A DNA stretch of 63,246 nt, the filler included, from Olpidium bornovanus S191 (Eukaryota; Fungi; Olpidiomycota), in assembly GCA_017911155.1 (NCBI GenBank). It is 30 parts of 30 records of this genome, joined end to end, with 100 filler letters (N's around TTAATTAATTAA, not from the genome) between each part and the next. Parts side by side here need not be neighbours in the genome. Positions count along the whole stretch, not along the records: positions 24,333 to 26,092 come from JAEFCI010000902.1; positions 26,193 to 28,686 come from JAEFCI010013071.1; positions 28,787 to 30,321 come from JAEFCI010003954.1; positions 30,422 to 32,267 come from JAEFCI010009218.1; positions 32,368 to 34,486 come from JAEFCI010003262.1; positions 34,587 to 37,701 come from JAEFCI010004417.1; 24 more parts are not named here. One strand, given 5' to 3'. Below the pieces are notes generated by a model. The model ran no database searches, was not told where the DNA came from, and was given only the letters and a program-made list of their open reading frames with translations. This document shows, piece after piece, positions 24,333 to 35,809 of this stretch (positions are counted from its first letter, which is position 1; the number at the start of each line of letters is the position of its first letter). The translations under genes and the position numbers were made by a program.

Positions 24333-26092
24333 CATGACGCTCGCAGACATCAGCCTTTTCAACGGAGGAGACATCACACTCCACCTGAGTTTCGAAGTCG
24401 GCTATGCTGCGGACCGCGAGGTCAAAGAGACCTCCAACCAGCTGTGCAGAATAACGGTGCCGCCTCCCCTGATCTTGAAGCCCAACCGCAGCGCCAAGGT
24501 CAAGGTCGGGATCACGGCTCTGGTCGTCGGGCCGTTTTCCGCCAAACTGATAATAATATCTAAGGAGAAGAAGATCACCGTTCCGATCGCAGGTGCGGGA
24601 TCCCGTCCCTCCACCACGGCCGGTCGCGGCGGGATTTTTTCGCCAATCGGCGTCTAACAGCCGCGTGCGACATTGCCATACGCAGGCGTGGGAATGAAGA
24701 TAAAGCTGCGCGAGAAAGGCAGGGCGATAATGGACCGAGGGCTTCGAACGGTGCGTAACAGGGGGAAAAAAATACGCGGCATCCGCTCGTCATGTCCTGC
24801 CGTCTCGCGTAAGCGTAACCCCCCGTTTCCGCTGTCCGGTTCCTCCCAGCTGTGCGATCCGGGCCCGCTAGGCGACGACATCGTGCTGGAGGACGTGGAC
24901 GAATGGTTGCGGCAGCTGGAGCTGCACACGCGGAACGATCTCAAACTCGTGGATCTCATCGGCAGGGTGTACAGAGCGCTATTCCAGCGGGAAGCGGAAG
25001 CAGCGAACGAACCCGCTCCTGCCGCCGCACCTCAAGAAGCGCGCCAGAAATCGGCGGTCCCTAGACCTCTGGGTCCGGGAGGCGGGCGGAAACGGAAATC
25101 ATTCTTTGTGGTCGACGGAAAGCGCAGACCCTCGGTGGCAGACGCGGCGCAGCCCGACGGGACGACGACCGTCGCGGACGCGGACGCGGCGGAATCTGCC
25201 GTCGCGCCTCCTGCGTGCCTTACGCCGGACGGTCCGAGCGGACGCCCCGACAAGAGCCTCCGGGCGTCGGCGACCGCTCCGAGCGCTCCGAAGCCTCCTT
25301 CACCCGGCCTTTCTGTTAACCCCCCTCTCCTCTCAACCAGGTCGGCGTCTACAGGAGGGGACGGCGGAACGGCTCATCTTCCCAGGATCAGCCCCGAGGA
25401 ATTCAACAACGTCCCAGCGCGTCGAAAGGAGTTCGCCTCTCGCCTGAAATCGTTTTACGACAACCCGACAATCGCAACCGTCGACGACTTCACGGCACTG
25501 GTGGACACGGTGAGGCAGGCGGCACCAGTCGGGGGCGTTTGAAATCCGCGGGGGCCGACGGGAACCTCCCCGCCACCGCCAAAGATTCTTTTCTTACACT
25601 TGGCCGGCCGAACGCAGTTCGTGGAGCCGAAGCTCCCTGGACTCGAACCTTGCACGCGCGACAGCGACGCCACGATAATTCACAAGATCCTAACGGCACC
25701 ATACGTCGAGGTGAAACAGTCGCGTGTTTTTTTTTCTCTCTTTTTTTATGTTCTCTCTCTCTGACGCTTTCTACACCGGTACCGTTCAGGTCCGTGCTCT
25801 TGACGTGAGAGACATCCTCTCGGTTGTCGAGCCAAACTGCGTCACTTCCTTGGACCGGATTCTTCGCAGGCCGCCCGCCTTTGAAGAGGAGATTCAGGTA
25901 AGCATACTTTTTTTTTCTTTCCGGCAGCCGGTCGCGGGAAAGATAGATAGAAAAAAAGAAAAAAAGCGTAATCATGGCCTGACGTGGCGGTCGTGAACTG
26001 TGCCCGCGCTCCGAAAAATTCAGGAAAAACCTGCGGCCGTCAGCATCAACAAGGTGAAGTACCAAGAGCCGCCCGCGTCGTTCGCGAGTCGA
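24333..26092 (+). CDS. Internal fragment of a large ASH (ASPM-SPD2-Hydin) Ig-like domain protein, probably cilium-associated
   Basis: ISLFNGGDITLHLSF...LILKPNRSAKVKVGITALVVGPFSAKLIIISKEKKITVPIAG fits ASH repeats. In-frame intron 24593-24871, with further GT-AG exons to 26092. Confidence 0.6.
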
Positions 26093-26192
26093 NNNNNNNN
26101 NNNNNNNNNNNNNNNNNNNNNNNNNNNNNNNNNNNNTTAATTAATTAANNNNNNNNNNNNNNNNNNNNNNNNNNNNNNNNNNNNNNNNNNNN

Positions 26193-28440
26193 CGTCTTCC
26201 CCAAAATGTGGTTCAGGTACTCGACGGCCTCTATGCGCCGGAACAGCTCGAAGTCGTGCAGGCACAACTGCTGGGCCAGATCTTCCGGCGTGAACATCGC
26301 CAGCGATACCATGGACTCCATCGACTTTCTGTTCGAGTTCCGCGAATGTTCCCTCGTCAGGTTTTCGTGGCTTTCCACCTGTCGCCACGAGACAGGAAAT
26401 GAAATTTCGTCAGAACCATAAATTCCCGTCGTCGGGCTGAAGCCAAACCGCCCCCCCCCCTCACCCTCCGCCCGCCTCTCCCAACCCCTCCCACCGCCAC
26501 CCCATCATGAGGAGCGATTCACGTGGGGTTCCCAACGCCCCGAAAACGGACGAGAAATGTTCCGGCGCCCACGACCGCCACCGACAAACCTTCTTTTCTA
26601 TAAGACCTTTTAGCCGGTTCGCGCGCTCCGCATACGACAGATGGCCGGAAATCTGGACCACAACGTCGGCCAGGTCATCCCGGAGCTCCTTGTCCTCCGC
26701 AAAATCTTGAAAGTAGTGTTCTATCCACCACTCCAGCGTAACGATGCACCGCAGCTGCGTCGGGCCCTTGACCTTCTCAAAGTACTGGACATCGTCCGGC
26801 TTCGCGTTCTCCGGAAGTTCGGCGTTGAACCGGGCCACGAGCCTGTCGAAGAACTCGGCCGGCCGCATAAACGACCGAAAGGTCAAAAGGACGGTGTCAA
26901 TGAACTCGTAATCTGGCGGCAGAGAGCCATCCGTCACCCGCTCGATCAGCTTATCCTCGGTGGCAGCCATCACTACCCAGCTGCCGTTCCGCGCCCCGGC
27001 GAAAAGGTCTGCGGTTAATGTAACATCAAGCCCGATCGAAAAAATCGCCATCCGTTCCGCGTGACCCGGATTTACAGAGCGCCGTTCCGTGGACGTACTC
27101 CTTCTCGATGAGCTGCAGGACCATCGTGTCCTTCCCGTCCTCGGTGACCCATTTGAGGCTGTAGTGCTTTTCCTTTTCGACGACCGCGAAGTCTGAGATT
27201 CCCCTCACAGCGGCGTAATAATTCACGTTGCGATCTAGTTGCACGTCCACGAGCCCCCCGGCCGCCTCCAACGTGAACTTTTCAAAGTCGAGGCCGCACG
27301 TGTTGCACGTGTAGAGCAGGATGTTCTCCATCACGGTTGTCGCCACGATCTTCAAGATCATCGGAGGCCGGCCTGCCGGCAGCGCGATGGTGATCCTGTG
27401 GCAGGTCGCGTCGCCCTGGTCGCCCTCCAGGGCAAGCCGGCCATCCGACCGCGTCCGGGTGTGCGTCTGAAAATTGATCCGCCGCAGGGTCGCGGTCGAC
27501 GGGTTGCTGGACGGGGAGGAGCACGTCCGCTTGCGAAAAATCGCCGGGACGGGCGTCAGCTTGGACTCCTCTTCCCGGAGGGCATTCCCTCCATCCGAAG
27601 CGTCCCGCCACGTGCCCGCGTTGGCGAGACATCCAACGGACCCGCTGAGCGGCGGGAGGACCGATGACCCCACGTACGCGTTCAGCGTGGACGTCGAGCT
27701 GAACTTGAACGGCGCGTTCCCGTCTGGCGCCGAGATGTCGAACGAGGATCTCGCGAGACGTTCCGCATCGGCGGCGGCTTCCTCGGTGCTGGTGAAGAAC
27801 GCCAGCGGCGAACCGTTCTCGGTGCTTTCCCTCTCCTTTTTGAACATTTTTGACGAGATGGCCTTGTAAAGGATCCCCGGCTGCACTCTGCGGCGGATCG
27901 ACGGGGCCCCGAAAGTGTATTCGGGGATCCTCCCCATCCGTTCGACCAGCTCAGCCTCAGTTGCGACGGTTTTGGGGAACCCGCCGGACGGCATTCGATG
28001 GTGTACCGTCTCTTTTGGAGCTGATATCGACACCCTTCGACAGCTTCTTCGCCTCCCTGCGCAGGCCTTCGTCGTCAGCAGTCACGGACAAAGTCCGACG
28101 CACGGCCCGGGTAACCGCCAGATCCGCCTCGTCGGCATATCCCGTCCAACAAACCTGCCGGACTCGGATTCTCCTCCCTTTTGTACATTGTGACGCCGAC
28201 GAGGTCGAATTCGGAAATCTTGGTGCTCATGCGTTCCGGCTCGATCTCCGTGCCGTTCGCCATAACCAGCCTAACGCTGTATTCGTTGACGTCGAGAGCC
28301 TTTTTCTGGCCAATGATCTCGATTACTTCCATGACCGTGCTGCTTCCGGCCGCTCTGATCACGGTGTTGTTTCCTGGGAGATGCGCCTTCAGCAGGACGT
28401 CGTCTGACCTGTCCGCCGACTTGTGACCGAAGACCAGCCT
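26193..28440 (-). CDS. RasGEF (REM plus start of CDC25 domain) with two N-terminal Raf-type RBD/ubiquitin-like domains, truncated
   Basis: REM: VVMAATEDKLIERVTD...FIDTVLLTFRSFMRPAEFFDRLVARF...LEWWIEHYFQDF. CDC25 start: FTPEDLAQQLCLHDFELFRRI. RBD-like segments at ~28400-28180 and ~27400-27170. Confidence 0.88.
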
Positions 28441-28951
28441 GGCGAACGGCGCGTTTTTTTTTTTTTTTTTTTTTGCGCGACGTGGATTTGCTTATCAACC
28501 GTTCTGCCGTCGAGGGACCTGCGCAATATCCCGTTTGCTTTCCAGCGTCGGGACGCTTACGTCGTCATGTGCATCCTTGAAGCTTTGGAAAGGGTAGGCC
28601 GCGATGCTCAAGACTACGACGAGGCAGCAGAGTTTTAGGAAGGAAGCCACGGAAGTGAACAAGATGGCTGCTTCATACCAATCTCCNNNNNNNNNNNNNN
28701 NNNNNNNNNNNNNNNNNNNNNNNNNNNNNNTTAATTAATTAANNNNNNNNNNNNNNNNNNNNNNNNNNNNNNNNNNNNNNNNNNNNCATGAAATCAGGTT
28801 GCGCCTGAGCGGTCAAAAAGGCTACAAATTGAGGCCAGGAAAAATAAGCGATAGTTCCGAAACGATAAATACGGAGAAGGGGAGGGGTGTGCGTGTGTGT
28901 GTATGTGTGTGTGTGTGAGGATTCGATGAATCGACCGGCGGAGCCGCCCAG

Positions 28952-30321
28952 TCACGGAAACGGCCTGCCGTGCATGTCCGCGCACGGCCTCTCGTAGATG
29001 CCGGCCCGCTTCCGCATCTGGCAGATGCGGACGGAGAACGTCGAATAAGAATTGCCCACGAAGTGGTCCGCGTTGGCGCACACCTCCTGCTCCGCCAAGC
29101 CAAGCCTCTGGTCTTTGCCGAAGAGCTCGTCTGGCACCGAGAACGAGCGGAGAAAGCGGCACATCTCTTGGACGTCCTGGCGCGACGACCCGTCGGGCGG
29201 CGGCGCCTTGCCGGCCTCGGGCGAGCAACGCTCGCCCTCCATCAAGGCCACGGCATCGGAGAGGATGAGCACGCGGGTGAACCGCTTCCGGAACGCGGCT
29301 TGGAGCTTTGGCGATGACGACTCGTCCGAAGAAAGGTACAGAGTCAGGGCCAGCCGCTCGTTTGAACGAAGGCGGGCGCCGGCGTCGCCAGCTAGCTGCG
29401 GCACCAGTTTCGCGAACTGCAGCGCAGCTTGGTCCGCCGCCTCGTCTTCAGAAAGAGCCTCCAGCTTCTTGTGTACGGCGAGGAAGTCGCCGCGGCGGAG
29501 GTGAAGGCAGCCGTAGCCCGCCACTTCGAAAGATTCCCCGCCAGAATGCTCCATCGCGTCAGCGGCGGCGACCTCTTTCACGCGATTTATGATCGCTTCG
29601 GTGACATTACGAATAATTCTTGATGGAACAAGGCTTGCCTCAAACAGGTCGTCGAAGAGGGGGCCGAGCCTCTTGATTCGTTCCCAGTCAATGTCGGCCG
29701 CGTACGGGAAGGAGCCGTTGGGCATTGCCGCCTTCGCCAAGCCGGCAAAGCCGTTAAAACGCCTGAACGTTCGCGAAAGTTCGATTAGTGGCAGGTGATT
29801 CCAGGGTCCTAGGAACCGTGCGATCTCTTCGGCGCTGGCGCCGCGGTATTTTAGAGAGGGCGTGAATACGACGAGGCGCCTGTCGGCCCCGAACTGCGGC
29901 GCGAGGGCCCACGGCGGGCTGTCCGCGAGGTCAACCCCAACCGCGTTTGGCACAATCCAGGCCATACCCCCGTCTTCCTCCAGCATCCTGCCTTCGTCGA
30001 TCCCGGGGGTATTTGTGACGCCGAGCAGACGGTAGTCTACATCGGAGTAACCCACATCCAGGTAGAACAGCGGCGGCCTCCTGACGCCCGGCTTTCGCCG
30101 AGGAAGGAGAGATGCCAGGCGCGAGTGCGGCACGACGTCCACAATCCCGCGCCAAGTGTCGAAGAAAATCTGCGGGTCAAAGTAGAAGTCCAGGCCCACC
30201 GGCGTATTGAGCCGGTGGTGTGCGTGGAATTCTGGCAGGATTAGTGTGCGATTGAGTATCAGGGATATCGCCAACGCGCACTTGAGAGCGCTCCGCGCGT
30301 TGTTTAAGCCGTTGTCCATGG
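28952..30321 (-). CDS. GDP-fucose O-fucosyltransferase family protein (O-FucT), 5' truncated
   Basis: GLNNARSALKCALAISLILNRTLILP, CLHLRRGDF, LYLSSDE and EQEVCANADHFVGNSYSTFS in a 455-aa open frame. Confidence 0.9.
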
Positions 30322-30421
30322 NNNNNNNNNNNNNNNNNNNNNNNNNNNNNNNNNNNNNNNNNNNNTTAATTAATTAANNNNNNNNNNNNNNNNNNNNNNN
30401 NNNNNNNNNNNNNNNNNNNNN

Positions 30422-32064
30422 GAGGCCGAGGAGGAGCGAGGCTTTAAGCTGCTGCTTCGCCCGCTGAACCTCAATCTTGGATATGCCGGGGGCGGCCAGG
30501 CGAGCCCATTCCTTGAGCGAAAGCTCCACGACCTCGGTCATGTCCTTGGTGTTCTCCGTGATGACGTACATCCCAAAGAGGCCCGTGTCCGTGTAGGCCG
30601 TGTTGAAAGCCATGTACGACTTGCAGAGGTTGCGCCTCGCAGACACGTTGGACAGGCGGTCGCGCTCGTGCTCCGTCACACCGAACGTCCGGTCCCAGGA
30701 CCCGATCATCGTCTGCATCACGAGCATCGGGTAGTAGTCCGAGGAGCTCCACCCGACGCCCTCGACGGCCAGTGCGAAGTGCGTTTGCGGGGCGGCATCG
30801 TCGGTGACTCGCAGCTCGCTGCCGGTAAACGTAGGCGCGGGGGAGGCGTCGAGCCGGTGCGCTCCGTGGCCGTTCCGCAGGTTTCCAAACGTCCCCCGCG
30901 CATAGTGCACGAGCAGGTCATGGTCGACTCCTCCGGCAGCCGCCAGAACCATCCGGTCGGCCGTATAGTTCTTCTTGATATAGCCGAGCAAGTCGGTCCG
31001 CTTGAGCGATTTGATGTTCTCCTCGGGCCCAAGAATCGTCAATCCCAGGGAAGAACCTGACCACCGTACGGGTTACCGCCGCCCTCCACGTACACCCCGG
31101 GTGGCGGTTCTGCCTCGCAACTGCCGCTGACCGCGAACAACACGCACCTTGGAAAGCAACAGCATGCAGGTGGTCGAAAACGACTTCTTCGGTGTTCTTT
31201 TCCACCTCCTTCTGTTCTCGCAGTATGACATCCCGCTCCCGCTCAACTGCGCCTTCCTCAAGCAGCGAGTTCTGAAGAATATCCGAGAGGATGTCCACAG
31301 CGCGCGGCACGTCGTGCTTGAAGGACTTCGCATAGTACACCGTTTGCTCTCGCGACGTGTACGCGTTCAAGTGACCGCCCATGTCCTCGACTTCCATCTC
31401 CAGGCCCTTCTGCGTCCGCGTTCGCGTTCCCTGCCGTGCAACAAGCCGCCTTCAGCGGACGAACCCGCGAGAAAACGGGGCCGCGGACGCAAGGGTGGAG
31501 GTGGGAGGTGGGTGGGGGGGGGGACCGCGGTGCGGTTACCTTGAACGCCATGTGCTCGAGAAAGTGTGCGGCACCGTTGTCCTGCTCGGTTTCCGCGCGA
31601 GACCCCGCGTCAATCCACACGCCGACCGTAGATGTCTCTGCATGCGGGATGGCCTCTGTCGCCACCGTAAAGCCGTTTTCCAGCGTTGTGACCCTCGTTT
31701 GCGGAGTCCCCACGAAGGACGCGTAGCCGTTGCGAGCGACCTAGAACCCAAAAGGCGACAGAGACGGAACAAGACGGGCAGAACCGGGCGGGGTCGTCCG
31801 ACCCACAAAACCCAGGAGAGCAGCGCGCAACCGCGGGCGGCGGCGGCGAAAGACGGCGGGGGGGTGGGTTTCGTGCGGGCGCGCGCGTTCTGGCGTCAGC
31901 GTAGGGGAAAGGGGGGGAGGCGCCGGACAAAGGAAGGAAGCAGATGAGCCGACACACCCGGCGGAAAAGCGTACCGCGGCAGGGCCCTGCCTCAGCGAGC
32001 GGCGCAAGAGCGAGAGGGTCCTGCGACACGCGGCAGCGCCGCCAGACGTAGGCAACAGCGCCAT
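30422..32064 (-). CDS. MAS1: Mitochondrial processing peptidase beta subunit, 3' truncated
   Basis: Arg-rich presequence, [15 protein letters not shown], intact [11 protein letters not shown] zinc motif, [26 protein letters not shown] and [14 protein letters not shown]. Confidence 0.96.
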
Positions 32065-32151
32065 GGTGTTTTTTTTTTTTTTTTTTTTCTCTCCCCTCCC
32101 CTGTTCCCCCTTCGGGCGAGCGGGTGCAGCAGTTGGTTGGCTCTTCTCGTT

Positions 32152-32185
<34 letters not shown>

Positions 32186-32197
32186 CCCCCCCTTTTT

Positions 32198-32267
<70 letters not shown>

Positions 32268-32367
32268 NNNNNNNNNNNNNNNNNNNNNNNNNNNNNNNNN
32301 NNNNNNNNNNNTTAATTAATTAANNNNNNNNNNNNNNNNNNNNNNNNNNNNNNNNNNNNNNNNNNNN

Positions 32368-33692
32368 CATGGCCCCCGGCGGGTTACCGTTTGTCCGCAC
32401 CGACCGGCCGCCGAGCGCGGCGCATCACAGTTCGGTTGATGGCACGCGATTACCGTTTGCGAGACGGTCACCTCTGGCGGAAGGGGTTGGACCCAGCCGT
32501 TGACGCGCCGCGGCGCGTCATCTGCGGGGCGGCGGACCACACGTTGATCCTCGCGTTGGCGCACGAACACCTCGGGGCGGGTCACTTTGCGGTAAAACGG
32601 ACGCTGCGGAAGATCGCCGATCGGTACTACTGGCCGGCCTTTCGACGCGCGGTAACCGAGTACGTCGAAACTTGCCAGATCTGTCAGAAGTACTCGAAGC
32701 GGCGGTTCTACAGAGATCTTCACCCGGTGTGCCCACCGTCGATCAACTTTGAGTGGTACGTGGATGTTGTCGAGTTGCCGAAGGTAAACGGATATCGTTA
32801 CGCGGTGTTGGCCCGCGAGGGGATCAGCAACTTCTGCGAGGGGTGGCCTCTTGGAAGCAAGCACTCCGCGTCCGTCGGCCGCTTCCTCTTGGAAGACGTC
32901 GTGTGTCGATATTGGCCGTGTTGTCGATTTCGCGCTGATCGCAGGGAGCTCCGGGCGACCGAGGTACGGGACCTTTTCCATCTCTTCGGCATTGAAATAC
33001 ATTTGACTGTGGCGTACCACCCCGAAGCCAACGGGAAAGCCGAAAGTGGGCACCAGACATTTGTCGGCACCTTGGTGAAGGCGGCGGAGTTCGAAAGCAC
33101 GAAGTGGGTGGACCTTTTTCCGTTGCTGTGGGCTAACCGATCCACGACCCATCGGACGACCGGGTTCGCCCCGGTCGAGTTGATGCACGGGAACCGACCG
33201 TCACTGCCCATCGAGGACGCCCTCGTGATGTGGTCCGCGCTGCCGTGGAAGGATGGCCTGTCCCGTGAAGAGCTGCTGGCATTGCGGATACGCCAGCTCC
33301 AACGAAGGGAGAGCGACGTGGAGGAAGGCCGAAGGAAATTGCTCGATATGAAGCAGCGGGAAAAGGAGCGCGGCGACACAAAGCGGCGGCCCCACCCCCG
33401 GCCTCTTAAGGTCGGCGACTGGGTCCTCCGACGGAACGAGCGGATCGAAGCCAAGGTCGGAACACATCGTAAGTTTACGCAGCGGTGGTTTGGGCCTTTT
33501 GTCATCACGGACAAGTCAGTGGAGACAGGCACCTACCGCTTGCGGGAACTCGACGGGATCGACATCAGCGACCGTGTGGCTGGGAAGCGGCTAAAGGCCT
33601 TTCGACGTCGAGGGAGGGCGGACGGCGAAGACGGGGCATCGGCTGAGGGCGAGGTGAACGCGGACGAGGTCGGAGGAGCCGGCGTCGATTAG
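32368..33692 (+). mobile_element. Ty3/gypsy pol C-terminus: integrase (HHCC, DDE core, GPF), no chromodomain, 5' truncated
   Basis: HEHLGAGHFAVKRT...YYWP...CQICQK, WYVDVV, FRADRREL, AYHPEANGKAESGH and KFTQRWFGPFVI in an intronless intact frame. Confidence 0.95.
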
Positions 33693-33993
33693 CGGCATGG
33701 AAGGATGATAGAACAACGTACCCCTGAGTCTCGAAGCGAGATTCATAGGCAGCCGACGAACCCTGACCGGAAGGGGGAGGCCCGGGAAGTGATCGGGGGG
33801 CAGGCCTGCGGCAGGCGGCCTCGACATGAAGAGTAACGAAGAACGGGGCGCGAAGGCGCTGTTAAAGGGGGGCGCACCAGAGACCGTTTCGCTCGCTTTC
33901 CCCCCCGCGTCAGCTGACGGGGCCGGCTGTGGCGTTATTGGCGGTCGGGCGGGGAGAGAGAGCGAGATGCCTCGGGGCCCAGGCGGTCGTTCG

Positions 33994-34104
33994 AGAGCAA
34001 AAGAAGCGTTTGTTCGAGAGCGAAAGAAGCGTTTGTTCGAGAGCGGAAGAACCGTTAGTTTGAGAGCAAAAGAAGCGTTCGTCCGAGGGCAGAAGAAGCA
34101 TTCG
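33994..34104. repeat. 23-bp tandem repeat, about 5 copies (AGAGCAAAAGAAGCGTTTGTTCG)
   Basis: Units start at 33994, 34017, 34040, 34063 and 34086, about 300 bp downstream of the integrase stop. Confidence 0.9.
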
Positions 34105-35809
34105 AAGGCCGCTTGTGATCGGTGTGCGCCGTGCTTCCGAGCCGGCCGGAGATAAGTGTGGCGTTTTTTTTCTCTCCTTTCAAAAAAAAAAAAACGGGCG
34201 AGGAGAAAAAGGGACGAGAGAAGAAAGACGGAGAAGAGGAGGGAGAGACAATGCGAAAAAGAGGCTGGAAAAGAGAGACGGGGGGGAGGGGGGAGGGACA
34301 ATGCGAAAGGGAGCGCAGGGGAGAAGGACGGGAAGGCGCGAGAGAGAGAAAGACGGGCGCGGTGCCGAAGGATGGGCCAAGAGAACTCGTCGCTGGCGGA
34401 CGACGTGGTGGGGCTGGCCCAGGAGCTTTCGGAAGACCACCGGACGCGCTTCCTCGCGCTTGTTGGGGCCGCCGTCGGCTGCATGGNNNNNNNNNNNNNN
34501 NNNNNNNNNNNNNNNNNNNNNNNNNNNNNNTTAATTAATTAANNNNNNNNNNNNNNNNNNNNNNNNNNNNNNNNNNNNNNNNNNNNCATGGCAAAGAGCC
34601 TGTGTGCAACAAACACCAGCGTTCACGTAAAGGCAGGGATCAAAAGACCAAAAAGCAGAGTGCGATGCAGAATAAAAGGAATAAGCAATTTATGTATAAT
34701 TCTCCTCGCCATTACTTGAGCTACGTTGATCCTGATACCTGTTCAACCGAAAGGGTATGTAGGCGGCCAGACACGCAAATGCCGGGGATCGTCTGGTGCA
34801 GACAGAGCACTCGAACATTTGCTCCGTGTTTGTGCGCATCGTTGCTATGACGCGTGAACCGCAGGCCCTTCTGCTGAACGTCGTCAGCGCACAAACAGCT
34901 GAGCTGAGCCCAACGGTGAAGAGCTTATCGAAAAGCACGTCGGAACCGGAAGGCGTCGGAGAGCGTATTTGCGTCAGCAGCCGCAACTGCACCGCGATGG
35001 CAGCACTGGCTTCAGCAGAGGCGCCGGTAGTGAAGGCGCTTTGAAGAGCTTGTTAAAAACCTTTTCGAAAAGCCTTTTGAAGGACGCGTTGAAGAGCGTT
35101 TAGGATGAAGCTCTGTCCAGACAGCTAGTGTCGAGACAATTAGCAGCACTACCGATCTACAGATCCGGTCTACGCAAAGCGTCCCCGACCAGTACTCCCG
35201 CCATAGAATTAGGTACTGTCATTTGCCGTGTCGGAGCTTTGTGAAGAGGATTGTTTCTGCCTTAAACTCGTTGCCTGTGACGGGTCCGGCTCTACTGACC
35301 AACCTGTATTCCTCTGTTGTGACGTACTACTGTAGTAGGGAAACATGAAGTACGGAGTGGTGTCACATATCCGGAGGCAGTAGAAGCCAATAATTGTTTT
35401 TCTCATCATCGACGTGAGTGGTCATACAGGGCTCAATATATGGTGCCCTATCTTGGCAGCTAGGCGGGAGTCTTGCACGGTGGCCTCCGTTCTGAGGAGA
35501 ACTTGATTGCCCACTATGAATTACATGTGGCGACCCGTCGGTTGTACACAGCGGCCTGTGGCTTCTGTGCCTTCTCGAAGGGCCATCGTGCCTCTTGGAG
35601 CATTTTTGGGAAGTGTTCTAGAGAAATTACTTGGAGCAGGGGGTCCAGGCCGTGCAGGTCTGTGCCGTCCTCTGACCCTCTGAAGGGTAGTGGCGGTACG
35701 ATATACCCACAAGCCTGCTTAACCGGCTTCCCTTCTCGCCTCTCTGGCCTTCGCCTTCGACTCGCCACGCTTTCGGCTGCGCCTCGTTGTAGGAAGTAGC
35801 GGACGTTTC

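Noticed and set aside
32208-32267. Long poly-C/poly-G runs at contig ends (also ~22400-22454 and 53182-53284) as G-quadruplex or telomere-like elements
   Set aside because: They sit at contig termini, typical of sequencing poly-G artefacts or assembly breakdown.
33994-34104. CRISPR array
   Set aside because: Units are directly adjacent with no unique spacers, there are no cas genes, and the context is eukaryotic.
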